From: Octopus vulgaris
Taxonomy: Eukaryota
Assembly (NCBI GenBank): GCA_951406725.2
Contig: OX597816.1
Coordinates: 177,010,001 to 177,074,000 of the forward strand
DNA length: 64,000 bases
Reading direction: 5' to 3'
The translations under genes and the position numbers were made by a program. Shown one piece after another: positions 27,671 through 41,607 of this stretch (within the stretch, counting starts at the first letter, position 1; each line of letters opens with the position of its first letter). The notes beneath the pieces are model-generated. The model was not told the origin of the DNA and ran no database searches. It saw only the letters and a list, made by a program, of their open reading frames with translations.

Positions 27671-28885
27671 TCATCATCATCATTGTTTAATGTCCGCTTT
27701 CCATGCTAGCATGGGTTGGGGTCTGTGAAGCCAGAAGGCTGCACCAGGCCCAGTCTGATCTGGCAGTGTTTCTACAGCTGGATGCCCTTGATGGCTCATT
27801 AAAAACTCATAAACCAGAGCACAACATGTATCACATCTAACCACAAATAGTTAGAATACATTACAAAATTTTTTTTTAAAATTCTTATCAAAATGAAACT
27901 ACAGAAGCTTGTAAATACCACAGAACGTACTTCAGGCAATCTATGTAATATACAAAGTTCAATGTAAACATGTAAGTTGTAAGCTTTATTATGCAAACAC
28001 TGGATTCACAAGTATGACACTTTCTCATTAACTAATCCTGTATTTGCAATAAGGAGCCATTGCAAATGAATGAAACAAAAAAGCTCATTAGTTGAAAGCA
28101 CTACTATCTTATACAGACTTTCACAAAAAAATGAGATTATCTTTGGGAACTTTATTGAGAGTAAAATTATAAGCCAAAAATCAATGCACATATACATGTA
28201 AAATAAACCACAAAATATAACAGGAGTCAACTGTTGAACAATACTAAATCTCATAATGATGATTTTGTCAGATGTAGTATTACTCCTGCATATGATGCTT
28301 TGTGACCAACTGCAAAACCCAAGCAACACACAACTGTTGTCATCATTTCATTCAGATAACAAAGTTGAGAATATCTTGAAATGTTCATAGACTTAGGAAC
28401 ACTATTGTTGCAAACCAAATATAAAGGCCCAACAAAGAAATAAGAAAAATCTTTAATAAAAAAAATCCCTTTTGTTGCCATGTTTCCGTTAAAATACACA
28501 ACCTTTGTTGCAAATAATTTTTAAAATTATGAAGGAATTAGTGAAATAACTATCATTATTAAGCTGGTCTTTGAAACAAGTTAACATGAAATTCTGATGG
28601 AAGATTTTAATTTAGAACACGAGTTTGTGTTATCAAACCAGGGTCAGTCTCAGGTGACTTGGTATCAACAGGGTAAAACTTAAACATAATTGTGTCTTCA
28701 GAAAAAACAAAGAAGCTATTTCTTATTTACACAAATTCATATTCATGGAATACTTAGCTACTTACATCCAGGGGATTAAATATAAATACATTATTAGAAT
28801 AAATTGAATCTTTACAACATACATCATTAAGAAAACAATAATTTCTGAATTTGACGCTAGTACTAATTACCTGTATATATATACA

Positions 28886-29091
28886 TTCTTGTATTTGTTT
28901 CAGTCATTTTGACTGTGACCATGCTGGAGCACTACCTTTTAGTCAAACAAATCAACCCCAGGATTTATTCTTTGTAAGCCTAGTACTTATTCTATTAGTA
29001 TCTTTTGCCGAACTGCTAAGTTACAGGGACATAAACACACCAATATCGGTTGTCAAGCGATAGTGGGGGGATAAACAGACACACACACATA

Positions 29092-29125
<34 letters not shown>

Positions 29126-29335
29126 GTTTAGCATCCGTTTTCCATGCTAGCATGGGTTGGTACATATATATATATATATATATGACAGGATTCTTTCAGT
29201 TTCCATCTACCAAATCCATCCGCAAGGATTTGGTCGGCCTGAGGCGACAGTAGAAGACACTTGCCCAAGGTGCCACGCAGTGAGACTGAACCTGGAACTA
29301 TGTGGTTGGTAAGCAAGCTACTTACCATACAGCCA

Positions 29336-29338
<3 letters not shown>
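28886..29338 (-). mobile_element. SINE family A with inserted (CAT)n-tailed fragment
   Basis: Reverse copy; insert at about 29092-29160. Confidence 0.85.
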
Positions 29339-29364
<26 letters not shown>

Positions 29365-29374
<10 letters not shown>

Positions 29375-29750
29375 CTGAAGTTGTCTGTGTATGGCAGGTT
29401 TGGTAGCCTTCAACTAACACTATCTCCTCCAAGACCCTGTGGTGCAAGTTGACCAAAATTGAGAGTATGATAGAAGAAGGCTTGCTCTTCCTTCCGTAGA
29501 AGATAAAATTCAAATTGGACCTTGTTAAGACCAAAAATTATTTACATCAAAAAGGTGCTTTTTTCTATGAAAATACCTATCTTTTACGATTTTTTTACTG
29601 CTGTGTCGCCATTTTCGGTGTATTTCAACCAGAAAAATGTTCACTTAAAGAGAATAACAAGGTACATAATGCAAAATTTTTACTTTTCAAAAATTCCAAT
29701 TCTAAAGGGTCGAAACAAATATCCAAGCAATGCCAGGCGATACTGTTAGT
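29365..29750 (+). mobile_element. DINE-1/Helentron-like element
   Basis: Starts tatataaagctgaagttgtctgtgt; ends ccaagcaatgccaggcgatactgttagt. Confidence 0.55.
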
Positions 29751-31006
29751 ATATATATATATGTATGTATCAAAATAAGCAGCAAGGATATCAAGAGGTA
29801 ATGCAGTACGATTGTTTCCCGTAACTCCATTTAATTGAACAATGCAACCATTACATCAATTTAAATGCATAGTAATCCTCAGCTGCACAAAGACATAGAA
29901 TTTAATTAAATTAGAACAGATGGACACATTTTTATAATTTTACCTAAAATCTCCAAGAAGTTTAGGAAATAGATAAAGAACATGCTGCCTTCACTTCTGG
30001 AAGGCATCATTTAAATTGATGTAATGGTTGCATTGTTCAATTAAATGGAGTTGTGTGAAACGATGGGTATCCTTGTTGCTTATTTTGATTCTAATCACCT
30101 TATTTTGAAATTGTATAGATAATACTGTACTAAATTCTGGTGCCTCAACTTAGGTACCATATTCATCTGAATCTAAACTTTTGCTGAACTCACATCCTTA
30201 AAAATGTTTCAGCCCGAAGGCTGTGGCCATGCTGGGGCACCACCGCTAATATATATATATGTGTGTGTGTGTGTGTGTATGTGTGTGTGTGTGTGTGTGT
30301 GTTTATATATATATTAATCTGATATATCAAGTTACTCTTTACAATTATGGATTTATTTTTTACAATTTTACAGTAAGTTCTGTATTCATTAAGTTTTCAA
30401 GATCATTAAAGCACAAGCCAAAACTAGTAATAATTATACAATAGGACAATAAATGTCAGAATTGGTAGAACTTTGGACAAAATACCTTGCAGTATATAAT
30501 TACAGGGTGTAACACAGGGTGGGAGGCAAAGAAGGAGCAGTCACTCCAGGGTGTAGGCGTATAAAGGAGTGAAAACTTTTCTCATACTCATTGTACCTGT
30601 TAATTAAGGTGGGGAGCTAAAATTGTCCTTACCTTCTGGCAACAAGAACTCTTACTACAACACAGCGTAATTATGTCTTTTATGTTCTGAGTTTAATTCC
30701 AGGTGAAGTCAACTTTGCTTTTCTTCCTTCTCAGGTGATAAAATAAGAACCAGTTAAATCATCTACATCTCTTTCCTCTGATTTTTGATCTTGCTAAAAA
30801 GCATTTATATATCAACTACAATTTCCCGTAAATGGTCATTTATTTCCCCTATTCTTTAGCTAACTCTACACTGTGTGGTATCAGATCCATGAAAATAAGC
30901 TTTAATAATAAGTCTTGGAATTCTATCACTAGACCATTCCATTGTGGTAACTTTAAGGACATATTTATTTATCCAATCTAAAAACAAGAGGTATTTACTT
31001 TTTAAA

Positions 31007-31380
31007 TACTCTTTTACTTGTTTCAGTCATTTGACTGCGACCATGCTGGAGCACCGCCTTTTAATCGAGCAACTCGACCCTGGGACTTATTCTTTTGTAA
31101 CCCCAGTACTTATTCTATCGGCCTCTTTTGCCGAATCGCTAAGTAACGGGGACATAAACACACCAGCATCGGTTGTCAAGCAATGTTAGGGGGACAAACA
31201 CAGACACACGCATATATATATATTCATATATACGACGACTTCCTTCAGTTTCCGTCTACCAAATCCACTCACAAGGCTTTGGTCGGCCTGAGGCTATAGT
31301 AGAAGACACTTGCCCAAGGTGCCACGCAGTGGGACTGAACCCGGAACCATGTGGTTGGTAAACAAGCTACTTACCACACA
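31007..31380 (-). mobile_element. SINE family A
   Basis: Near full-length reverse copy. Confidence 0.88.
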
Positions 31381-31599
31381 AATGCTAATAATATTCATCC
31401 ATTTCTCTCTCTCTATCATTTTTTTCTCACACAAACTTGCTTCTTCACTTAATACATAGACATATGAAAAGACAACAGGCCTCTCTAACAAACATGTGTT
31501 AGCATGGAAAATTATAGAAAAACATGAGTAAAATATATATTGTATTACTATCAGTAATATATAGTAATATATATCAGTAATATGTAGTAATATATATTG

Positions 31600-31788
31600 G
31601 TGTAAGTGTTGAAAAGTTCCTTGCTTTTCGGTCAATTATGACTTTATTCAACATATTCCCCTCTCAAATTCACACACTTACTGCATCAGTTCTTCATTTT
31701 TCTAAGCTCTGTAAAAGATCTCAGAAGGTTAGACCTCCAACCAGGCCTTTCATGATACCTTTTAAGCCCAAAACTTTTCAGCACACCC

Positions 31789-31791
<3 letters not shown>
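31600..31791. mobile_element. Mariner-type MITE (same family as 1329)
   Basis: gtgttgaaaagttccttgcttt ... aaaacttttcagcacacccttg, with shared internal sequence. Confidence 0.65.
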
Positions 31792-31832
<41 letters not shown>

Positions 31833-32058
31833 TCAAGCATGTAAATAATAAAGGTAGATTACTGAATTGGTATGTTACAAGAAGTATGTAGGTGTACTGT
31901 AGAGTTTTTAAAATATAAGTTAAGGCTTTAGAAAATCCATACTAATGGATGGGCATCTTGAAAAATATGTTATTTACAATTTTGTTTGTACATAAATATG
32001 ATTAATAAAACAATAAACAATGCCACTGGAAATATAATAAATACACACACAAACACGA

Positions 32059-32092
<34 letters not shown>

Positions 32093-33461
32093 ATACCTTC
32101 CCCCTCTCTCTCTAGTTCCTTCCCTAATTCTTCAATCCATCTACTCCCTACCTCTCTCTGTTCCTCCCACGTGACCGGTGCATGATCTTTCTTTCTTGGC
32201 TTGACCACCGCTCACACAACACCTTATTTTCCTGTCTCCTGACTTCCATCTATGTTTGTTGCCTTCCACTTGTCCTAAGGCTTGACCTAACTTCTCCTTT
32301 CACTTGAAAGATACCTATTGTTATTCTTGTTCTTTGTATTTGTAATCATTTTCTCTGTTTTCTCGTTTCCTTTTCTTTTTTTGGTCTTTGTTGTTGCACA
32401 TATTCACCTGCTTTCTTCTAAAAATTTAATGCCCTTACCTTAGATTTTTGGGGTTTACCAATTTTGAATGGTCTCAAGTGTAACAGGCTGAAACTGTAGT
32501 GATAATTGGAAGCTTGACTGACAAATAGAAAGCAATAAATGTTCTGTCAGCTTTTCCTGTCCGTTTTTGTATTGTCTATCTGTCCGTATGTTTTCATTGT
32601 CGTCTGTTACATTCTTGTTCTGCTTTTTGGATTTATATATATTTATATATCTATATATGGTTTTGAGTTCAGTCCATTTGCATATATATATATATTACTG
32701 ATAGTAATATAATATATATGTGCTTGTATTATGCACATATACAAACAAGAAACTTTAAGTTGTAATAGAAAGGATCATCATATTTGAACATATAAATTGG
32801 ACATGGGCGATCGTTGTATTCTTTCTTGTCTTGAGATTCACAGCCAAATGGCTGGGTGGATTTACATGAAAAATGGTACACATATGGAGACGAGTGCATA
32901 GATTGGAATGTGCTTTGTATTTTTGTCCTAGCCCCCATACTTACCGAGAAAATCGATTAAAACTTTTCTAATGGAATTCCCCTGTTTGTTCCGCTATTAA
33001 AACAACCAGTTGCTTACATATACCATTTCACTAGCAACAAGGGGAGTAGAGGATGACAGTCAACCAAAACTTTCGCTATGCTGTCTCTCTTCTTTCACCT
33101 TTTTGTGGGGTTAATAATCTTAATCTTTAGTTACAGCTTCTTATTCAAACTACATAATAGGCAGAATTGTCGGATTAAGACAGTTGGGTGTCTTGAGGGA
33201 GATTTGGTTGCTGTTTCTACTAGGTCTACTTACCATGTAGAGGTCTGAACTCAATTTTCATTCACATATTTGCATTTCAAAAATTTAACATAATCTTTTC
33301 CATAAATCAACTGTCGTAAAAATTTTATCTCACATTTTTTATGTATGTGTGTGTACCTTAAAAGATGTCAATCATCATGATACACACCTTCACTCACTCA
33401 CTCTATCTCTCTTTTTCACCCTCTTTCTCTCTGACATACACATGTGCAAGCACACATGTTT

Positions 33462-33494
<33 letters not shown>

Positions 33495-33904
33495 CATTTC
33501 ATATATCTTCTTTCAATTTCTGCTCTCTGCAAATAAAAATTTTTATGGATACAACTGCTTACAAAAACAGGGATTAATGTATAATTTCTTTCTATGTTCA
33601 TAATTAGATCAATGTTTTAATGATTAGACATTAAATAGAATAGCCCTCAGAAACAGACTACGTACAAATTCGTTCTTCACAACTCCTGAAGCTGTTTTCT
33701 GACAAGTGGGGCGGGAGTCAGGAAATGTTCATACAGCTGGAGGCTCCGAACAAAACAGGGGACCCAAAATGATAAGGCTGAGAAACGCTGTTATAGATTA
33801 TGCCTAACTGAACACGATCACAGGGAAAGTTTCAACTGATAAAATTCAATTTATTCACATATTCTCAAAGTTCTCTGTATACTCAAAATAGCTATATATA
33901 TATA

Positions 33905-33965
<61 letters not shown>

Positions 33966-33966
33966 G

Positions 33967-34038
<72 letters not shown>

Positions 34039-34580
34039 CGTATATATATATAAATTCATTCAGCATTAAGCAACATATATACATATATCTGTAAATACAC
34101 ACACATTATTTTAAAGATTATGCAACTGAATGCTTAAAGAATAGTATACTTCTATTAATATATCTATAAATGATATATTTTGTTACATTTATTATGGTGT
34201 AAAATTTAAGATGATAATAGTGATTTCTGAGAAAATAAGAATTAAAGTTCTTTATTATAATAAATTTGATAGCCTATTGATCAAATCAATATAAATATTG
34301 ACTTTGACATCATACCCCCAGGGAAATATAAAATAATCCTTTGTTAGTAGACAAGATTAAATTATTGTGCTACTGGGCAACAAGTTTGCCTCTTGAATTA
34401 AATAAGGCAGGCTGTATAAGTCATATGACTTGCTAGAAATAACAGCCAAATCTCCCTCACTTCATCCCGTGTGATCTTAATAAAGATATATCAGACAATG
34501 TACGCCACTAAATGATATGGCCATGGCTAGAACACCTTCAACCCTTCTGTTACCACATTGCTATAGAAATACATTGCCTA

Positions 34581-34983
34581 TACTCTTTTACTTGTTTCAG
34601 TCATTTGACTACGGCCATACTGGAGCACCGCCTTTAATCGAGCAACTCGACCCCGGGACTTATTCTTTGTAAGCCCAGTACTTATTCTATCGGTTTCTTT
34701 TGCCGAACCGCTAAGTGACGGGGACATAAACACACCAGCATCGGTTGTCAAGCAATGCTAGGGGGACAAACACAGACACACAAATATACACACACATACA
34801 TATATATATTCATATATCCGACAGGCTTCTTTCAGTTTCCGTCTACCAAATCCACTCACAAGGCTTTGGTCGGCCCGAGGCTATAGTAGAAGACACTTGC
34901 CCAAGATGCCACGCAGTGGGACTGAACCTGGAACCATGTGATTGGTAAACAAGCTACTTACCACACAGCCACTCCTGCGCCTA
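34581..34983 (-). mobile_element. SINE family A nested in a TTAA MITE
   Basis: Full-length reverse copy flanked by the gcctat repeat. Confidence 0.88.
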
Positions 34984-35265
34984 TGTTTCAATTAATTTTT
35001 AAAATAATGGATAACTTACAAAAACTTTTACATGATTAAGCTCGTGTTTTGAATGTAAATCAACATGAATTTTTGATGGAAGGTTTTAATTTTGAACATG
35101 TTAAAAAAAGTTACATTGTAGAACCAATGATGGGTTTTCAGACAGCTTAGCATCAAAAGAGTTAACGATAAGTCTTGATTGTGGCAAATCTATGCCTTAG
35201 CTATCATTTCCCACTTTACAGCCTAAGAAAGGTAAGAGACTGGGTCTTGAGCCTGGCGTATAGTG

Positions 35266-35302
<37 letters not shown>

Positions 35303-35637
35303 AGCATGTGTGTGTGTGTGTGTGTGTGAGAGAGCATGTGTGTGTGTGTGTGTGTGTACATGTGGAAAGGGGTATCTAAGAAGGTTTTAAAATGATAATA
35401 GATTATAAGAAATGTTCTTACATAAGTTCAAAACAATTCATAATCTAATCATACTAATTACTTCAACAGTAAGATATACATAAATTTCATATGCATTCAG
35501 GAATCAGGTTACAAATAAATGTGTACATTATGTATATGAGTGAGTATGTGTGTTTGTATTTGTCTCTCCCTCTGTAGCTTGATTGTTTATGACAACAAAA
35601 CTTTGTAGTTTGGGTAAAAAGGAGACCTATACAAAAA

Positions 35638-35747
35638 ATACAAGGGCTGATTTGATTAATTAAAACATTTCAACGCAGCTACCCAACACAGTTGCAGTAA
35701 AAGAGTAAATATATATACATATATACTGGTTTCACATAAATACATGT

Positions 35748-35784
<37 letters not shown>

Positions 35785-36125
35785 GCAGAATCTTGTCCCA
35801 GTTTTAACAATGAATACTCCAGTTACTCATTCCGTTGATCTACCTACTCATTGCATTTGATTCTTTGGACATAAACCTCAAATAGAATCAGAATGACACG
35901 ATAAGAGAGATGGGCTTCTAGAAAACCTGTCTATACTCCGGTATATAGATATATAAACAATTTGATGGACTGAAAGATGGCTAGATATCTATCTAGCCAT
36001 CTTTCAGAATGGTATATATATATATATATATATACCATTCTCTCTTAATGCTGAATGAATGATGAAAGAATGCTCTATACATGTTACAGTGGATATGGTT
36101 CTTTTTATTGAAACTGAAGTCAGGG

Positions 36126-36177
<52 letters not shown>

Positions 36178-36928
36178 TTCTCACTTTCTCCTCATCCATC
36201 ACCCTCTTGTACTGTCTTATATTCCTCCCCACCACTACAAAACTCAATACCACTATAAAATGGTCGAAACTCTTCAGCCAGGAACTTAGTTTGATTTGAA
36301 AACCCCACTAGAATGGGAGAAAGCGCTAATACATGATCTAAGTTATATGATGTATAAAAATTGTAATATACAAATAAATATCTGTAAATATAAAACCATC
36401 CGATTTTCTGAGTACCTCATTTCTTCTAATATAAAATACCTGTACATTATCTCCAAACCTCCCAATATATATATATATATATATATATATAACAATGATA
36501 AATCTCAGAGCGAATTATAAACAGTAGCAGCAACACATTGTGACGTATATTTGCCATTTGAATATGGCTAACCCCTAAGGGTGGATGCTACTGTAGTTTG
36601 TAGCCCCAGGAGGACACCTCCTCCAGCTGGCTATAGACACACTTTCTGTGCCCTATCAGTATTTGCGAAAGGAAGCCATGTTTATATCTATCTATCTATA
36701 TATATATATATATATATATTATTATTATATTTGTATCTATCTATTTATCTATCTATATATATATCTATATACCGGAGTATAGACAGGTTTTCTAGAAGCC
36801 CATCTCTCTTATCGTGTCATTCTGATTCTATTTGAGGTTTATGTCCAAAGAATCAAATGCAATGAGTAGGTAGATCAACGGAATGAGTAACTGGAGTATT
36901 CATTGTTAAAACTGGGACAAGATTCTGC

Positions 36929-36975
<47 letters not shown>

Positions 36976-37085
36976 ACATGTATTTATGTGAAACCAGTAT
37001 ATATGTATATATATTTACTCTTTTACTGCAACTGTGTTGGGTAGCTGCGTTGAAATGTTTTAATTAATCAAATCAGCCCTTGTAT
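35638..37085. repeat. Inverted repeat, arms 35638-35955 / 36758-37085
   Basis: About 320-bp arms, identical by eye except for (TG)n length. Confidence 0.95.
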
Positions 37086-37088
37086 AAA

Positions 37089-37126
37089 CTGTCCGACGAA
37101 CGGGAACATGAAATTCCGAGTAACAG
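37089..37126 (+). ncRNA. Degenerate type I hammerhead motif
   Basis: ctgt-CCGACGA(core U4>C)-acg ggaa cat-GAAA-ttccgag-TA-acag: stem I ctgt/acag, GNRA loop on stem II. Confidence 0.6.
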
Positions 37127-37571
37127 CTTTTGTTAAATTTCTGCTGCTTTTAAATAAAGTATCTATCTATCTATCTATCTATCTATCTACATATATATAG
37201 GTGTGTGTGTGTGTGTGTGTGTGTTTATATCTTTTATCTTTACTTGTTTCAGCCACTAGACTGTGGGTATGCTGGGGTACCCTCTTCAATTTTAGTTGAA
37301 TGAATTGACCCCCCAGTACTTCATTTTCTTTTAAGAAGTGGTACTTATCCTGTCAGTCTCTTTTGCTGAACTGCTAAGTTACAGAGACACAAACACAACA
37401 ACACTGGTTGTCTAGAGGTGATGGGAGAGGGGGATAAACACAAGCAAACATACATAAATAAACACACACACACACACATGTACAATGTGGTAGGACTGAA
37501 TGCAGAACATGGAACCAATCTATCTGTCTACCTAGTTATATACTGATTTATATAAACACTTTGATACACGG

Positions 37572-37619
<48 letters not shown>

Positions 37620-37621
<2 letters not shown>

Positions 37622-37839
37622 TCTTTTACTCTTTACTCTTTTACTTGTTTCAGTCATCTGACCGCGGCCATGCTGGAGCACGACCTTTAATCGAGCAACT
37701 CGACCCCGGGACTTATTCTTTTTGTAAGCCCAGTACTTATTCTATCGGTCTCTTTTTGCCGAACCGCTAAGTAACGGGGACATAAACACACCAGCATCGG
37801 TTGTCAAGCAATGCTAGGGGGACAAACACAGACACACAA

Positions 37840-37874
<35 letters not shown>

Positions 37875-38045
37875 CATATATACGACAGGCTTCTTTCAGT
37901 TTCCATCTACCAAATCCACTCACAAGGCATTGGTCGGCCCGGGGCTATAGTAGAAGACACTTGCCCAAAGTGCCACGCAGTGGGACTGAAAATGGAACCA
38001 TGTGGTTGGTTAGCAAGCTACTTACCACACAGCCACTCCTGCGCC

Positions 38046-38047
<2 letters not shown>
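37620..38047 (-). mobile_element. SINE family A
   Basis: Full-length reverse copy between (TA)n tracts. Confidence 0.9.
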
Positions 38048-38087
<40 letters not shown>

Positions 38088-38539
38088 TTATGTTAACATA
38101 CATATGCATAATTGTATGTACACACATATATCATATTGTTTATTTATTTAGGAGCTATATGTAAGTTCAATCCTCACCTGGTTATGATGAAGTTGTCAGG
38201 GCACACATATTATTTGTGGTTAGCTGCTTCAGTAATCGGCTTCACTTATTTACTTAGTGGTCTTCTAAACTTCACTGATCTGAACAGAATCAGTGTTTAT
38301 AGAACCAACTGACACACACACATGCACGCACACATGTTTATTGAGATACACAGACACACAGATAAACATACAGACAGAGACATGTACATAAAACACAGAA
38401 CCATATTCATAAAGTCCACAAAAGTATATCTATGGTTTAAGACAAAATGTGTGTGCAGTTATTTTCATATATATTATTCAATAGCTGTAGATAACTGTCT
38501 GCATATATGTAAGTACATGTACACAAATACATATTCCGA

Positions 38540-38651
38540 TGTATACACACACACACATATATATATATACATATATATATATACACATACATATATACGC
38601 ATACATATACATATATATATGTGTATATATATGTATATATATATGTATGTG

Positions 38652-38682
<31 letters not shown>

Positions 38683-38834
38683 GTATATATAAATGTATAT
38701 ATATGTATCTACATATGTATGTGCATATATATATATGTATATATTTATCTACATGTGTGTATATATATATCTACATATATATGTGTGTGTGTGTATGTAT
38801 GTATACATCGGAATATGTATTTGTGTACATGTAC

Positions 38835-38917
<83 letters not shown>

Positions 38918-38954
38918 TATATATACATATATACACATACATATATACACATAG

Positions 38955-38999
<45 letters not shown>

Positions 39000-39072
39000 C
39001 ATACATATATATATACACACATATATATATATACACATACATATATAAATATATACACATACATACACGCAC

Positions 39073-39119
<47 letters not shown>

Positions 39120-39312
39120 TACATATATACATACTTACATATACATCCATATGTACATACACGCACATAAGTACATATACATACTTACATATACATACAT
39201 ACACATATATATATACGCATACGTACATATCTGTCTGTTTATCAACTACTATTCATACACATACATACAAAGACCTATATATGCACAAAGTGCATATTCA
39301 TTCAAACACATT

Positions 39313-39350
<38 letters not shown>
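38540..39350. repeat. Complex (TA)n/(CA)n/(TACA)n low-complexity tract
   Basis: Direct inspection. Confidence 0.95.
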
Positions 39351-39351
<1 letters not shown>

Positions 39352-39712
39352 GCATACTCTGATTCTAGCTGGTTTTGACAGTAAGCATTTCATTCTTTGC
39401 TCAACTCAGCTCATTAATAAATTAACATGTAGGCTGATTAAGAATTTCACAGTCATAGGTGCCCTGGCCTCTGAATTACAAATACTATCCATTTGACAGG
39501 CTTCTCTACTGTTTCCATCAGCCCAATTTCACTCAGGCTTTGGTTAACCTGAGGATATGGTAAATGAGTGTTTCCTAAAATATCACATAGTGGAAATGAG
39601 CATGGGACCCCAGAATTGTGAAATGAACTTGTTAACCTTCCAGCCATGCTTGTGCCCACACATATATATAAACATACACACATATATGTATGTGTGTATG
39701 TATGTGAGCATT

Positions 39713-39760
<48 letters not shown>

Positions 39761-39763
<3 letters not shown>

Positions 39764-40039
39764 TTTTACTCTTTTACTTGTTTCAGTCATTTGACTGCGG
39801 CCATGCTGGAGCACCGCCTTTAGTCGAGCAACTCAACCCCGGGACTTATTCTTTGTAATCCCAGCATCGGTTGTCAAGCAAAGCTATGGGGACAAACACA
39901 GACACACAAACACATACACACATATATATATATATACACATATATACGACAGGCTTCTTTCAGTTTCCGTCTACCAAATCCACTCACAAGGCTTTGGTCA
40001 GCCCGAGGCTATAGCAGAAGACACTTGCCCAAGATGCCT
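39761..40039 (-). mobile_element. SINE family A (truncated)
   Basis: Reverse copy lacking the head and with an internal deletion. Confidence 0.85.
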
Positions 40040-40046
40040 GCGTGTG

Positions 40047-40089
<43 letters not shown>

Positions 40090-40146
40090 GTATGGAGCTA
40101 TGTGTATGCATTATGTGTATATATCTGTATGTGTGGGTGTACGTAT

Positions 40147-40182
<36 letters not shown>

Positions 40183-40308
40183 GCTGGAGTATTTTATTTA
40201 TTTTTCTTTTTAAAAGTAAATCATGAAGATACAGCAATGTTTACAGTCATGATGATGATAGGAATGATTATAAAGATAATTAAGAAACCAATAATAATCC
40301 CCTCTAGA

Positions 40309-40309
<1 letters not shown>

Positions 40310-40353
<44 letters not shown>

Positions 40354-40382
40354 TGATGATGACGATGATGATGATGATGATG

Positions 40383-40437
<55 letters not shown>

Positions 40438-40487
40438 TAATAATAATAATGATGATGATGATGATGATGACGATGATGATGATGATG

Positions 40488-40532
<45 letters not shown>

Positions 40533-40555
40533 TGATGATAATAATAATAATAATG

Positions 40556-40592
<37 letters not shown>

Positions 40593-40615
40593 TGATAAAA
40601 ATAATAATACTAATG

Positions 40616-40667
<52 letters not shown>

Positions 40668-40728
40668 TAAAAATAATAATAATGATAATAGTGATAATGA
40701 TGATGATGATGGTGATGATGATGATGAT
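40310..40728. repeat. Compound (AAT)n/(GAT)n microsatellite
   Basis: Direct inspection. Confidence 0.97.
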
Positions 40729-41607
40729 ATGTTTACCATCCCAAAATTATGGTAAATATTTTACCAGGGTTCGTAAGAACATTGAACTTATAATATTTTC
40801 ATTCTAAACATTTGGGACCACCATTTTTATCAAAATATCTGAACCAAGAAATAATTGACTCCAGCAGATATTTATTCTATGTATCAAAGCACTGCAATAC
40901 AATTTACTGGGAAGGATACTTATATATATATATATATGACACACCCATACATATATATATATATATATAATTTATACATATATGTATGTATATATTATAC
41001 AAGTATAGACATATATACATACACACACATACATATATATATATATATTAAATTTATATATATATGTGTGTGTGTATCTTACAAGTATAGACATATATAC
41101 CTTTATATATATATGTATATATATATATACATGTGCATATATATGGAAGTCAATATATTATGCTGCTTGTGTGTGTGTATGAAAATAAGGTTTATGTAGC
41201 ATGTATATGTGTAACAGCTGTAATTGGCATAAAGTAAATGCGGTGTTCTTGTCAGAAAGAAAAGTACATTGCAAACTTCCCATGTTAACATCTGTAATAG
41301 CTACTAACTAAATGTTAGTCCATGTCTGGCTGGTAAGGGAAAAAAAGCTAAGATGAAACAGATGGGAGGGGAAGGGGTCAAGTAAGACAGTGTTCTGTAG
41401 CATAGCAGTGAACAGTTAACATATACAGGGAATAAATGAGATGTCAGGACTCTGATTATGTTATAGCAGGTAAGAGTAGATGAAAAAAAACCCCAAAAAA
41501 ACAACTCCGTAGGTTTAAGGTTTTCATTTCCTCCAGTCCTACAACCACTTGAGACTTGAAAAGGATCTTCATTCGTTTTTTTTTTAATTTTACTTTTGTT
41601 GTTTTAG

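Noticed and set aside
32729-32945. 69-aa Cys/Tyr ORF and a nearby minus-strand gtaagt donor
   Set aside because: No recognisable domain and no matching open exon.
38322-39496. Long ORFs (up to 267 aa) rich in Y/I/H/T
   Set aside because: Translations of (TA)n/(CA)n microsatellites.
40210-40807. Poly-L/I/Y/H ORFs
   Set aside because: Trinucleotide repeat artefacts.
40735-40848. Minus-strand 'KNGGPKC' as a possible EGF exon
   Set aside because: In-frame stop and missing cysteines.
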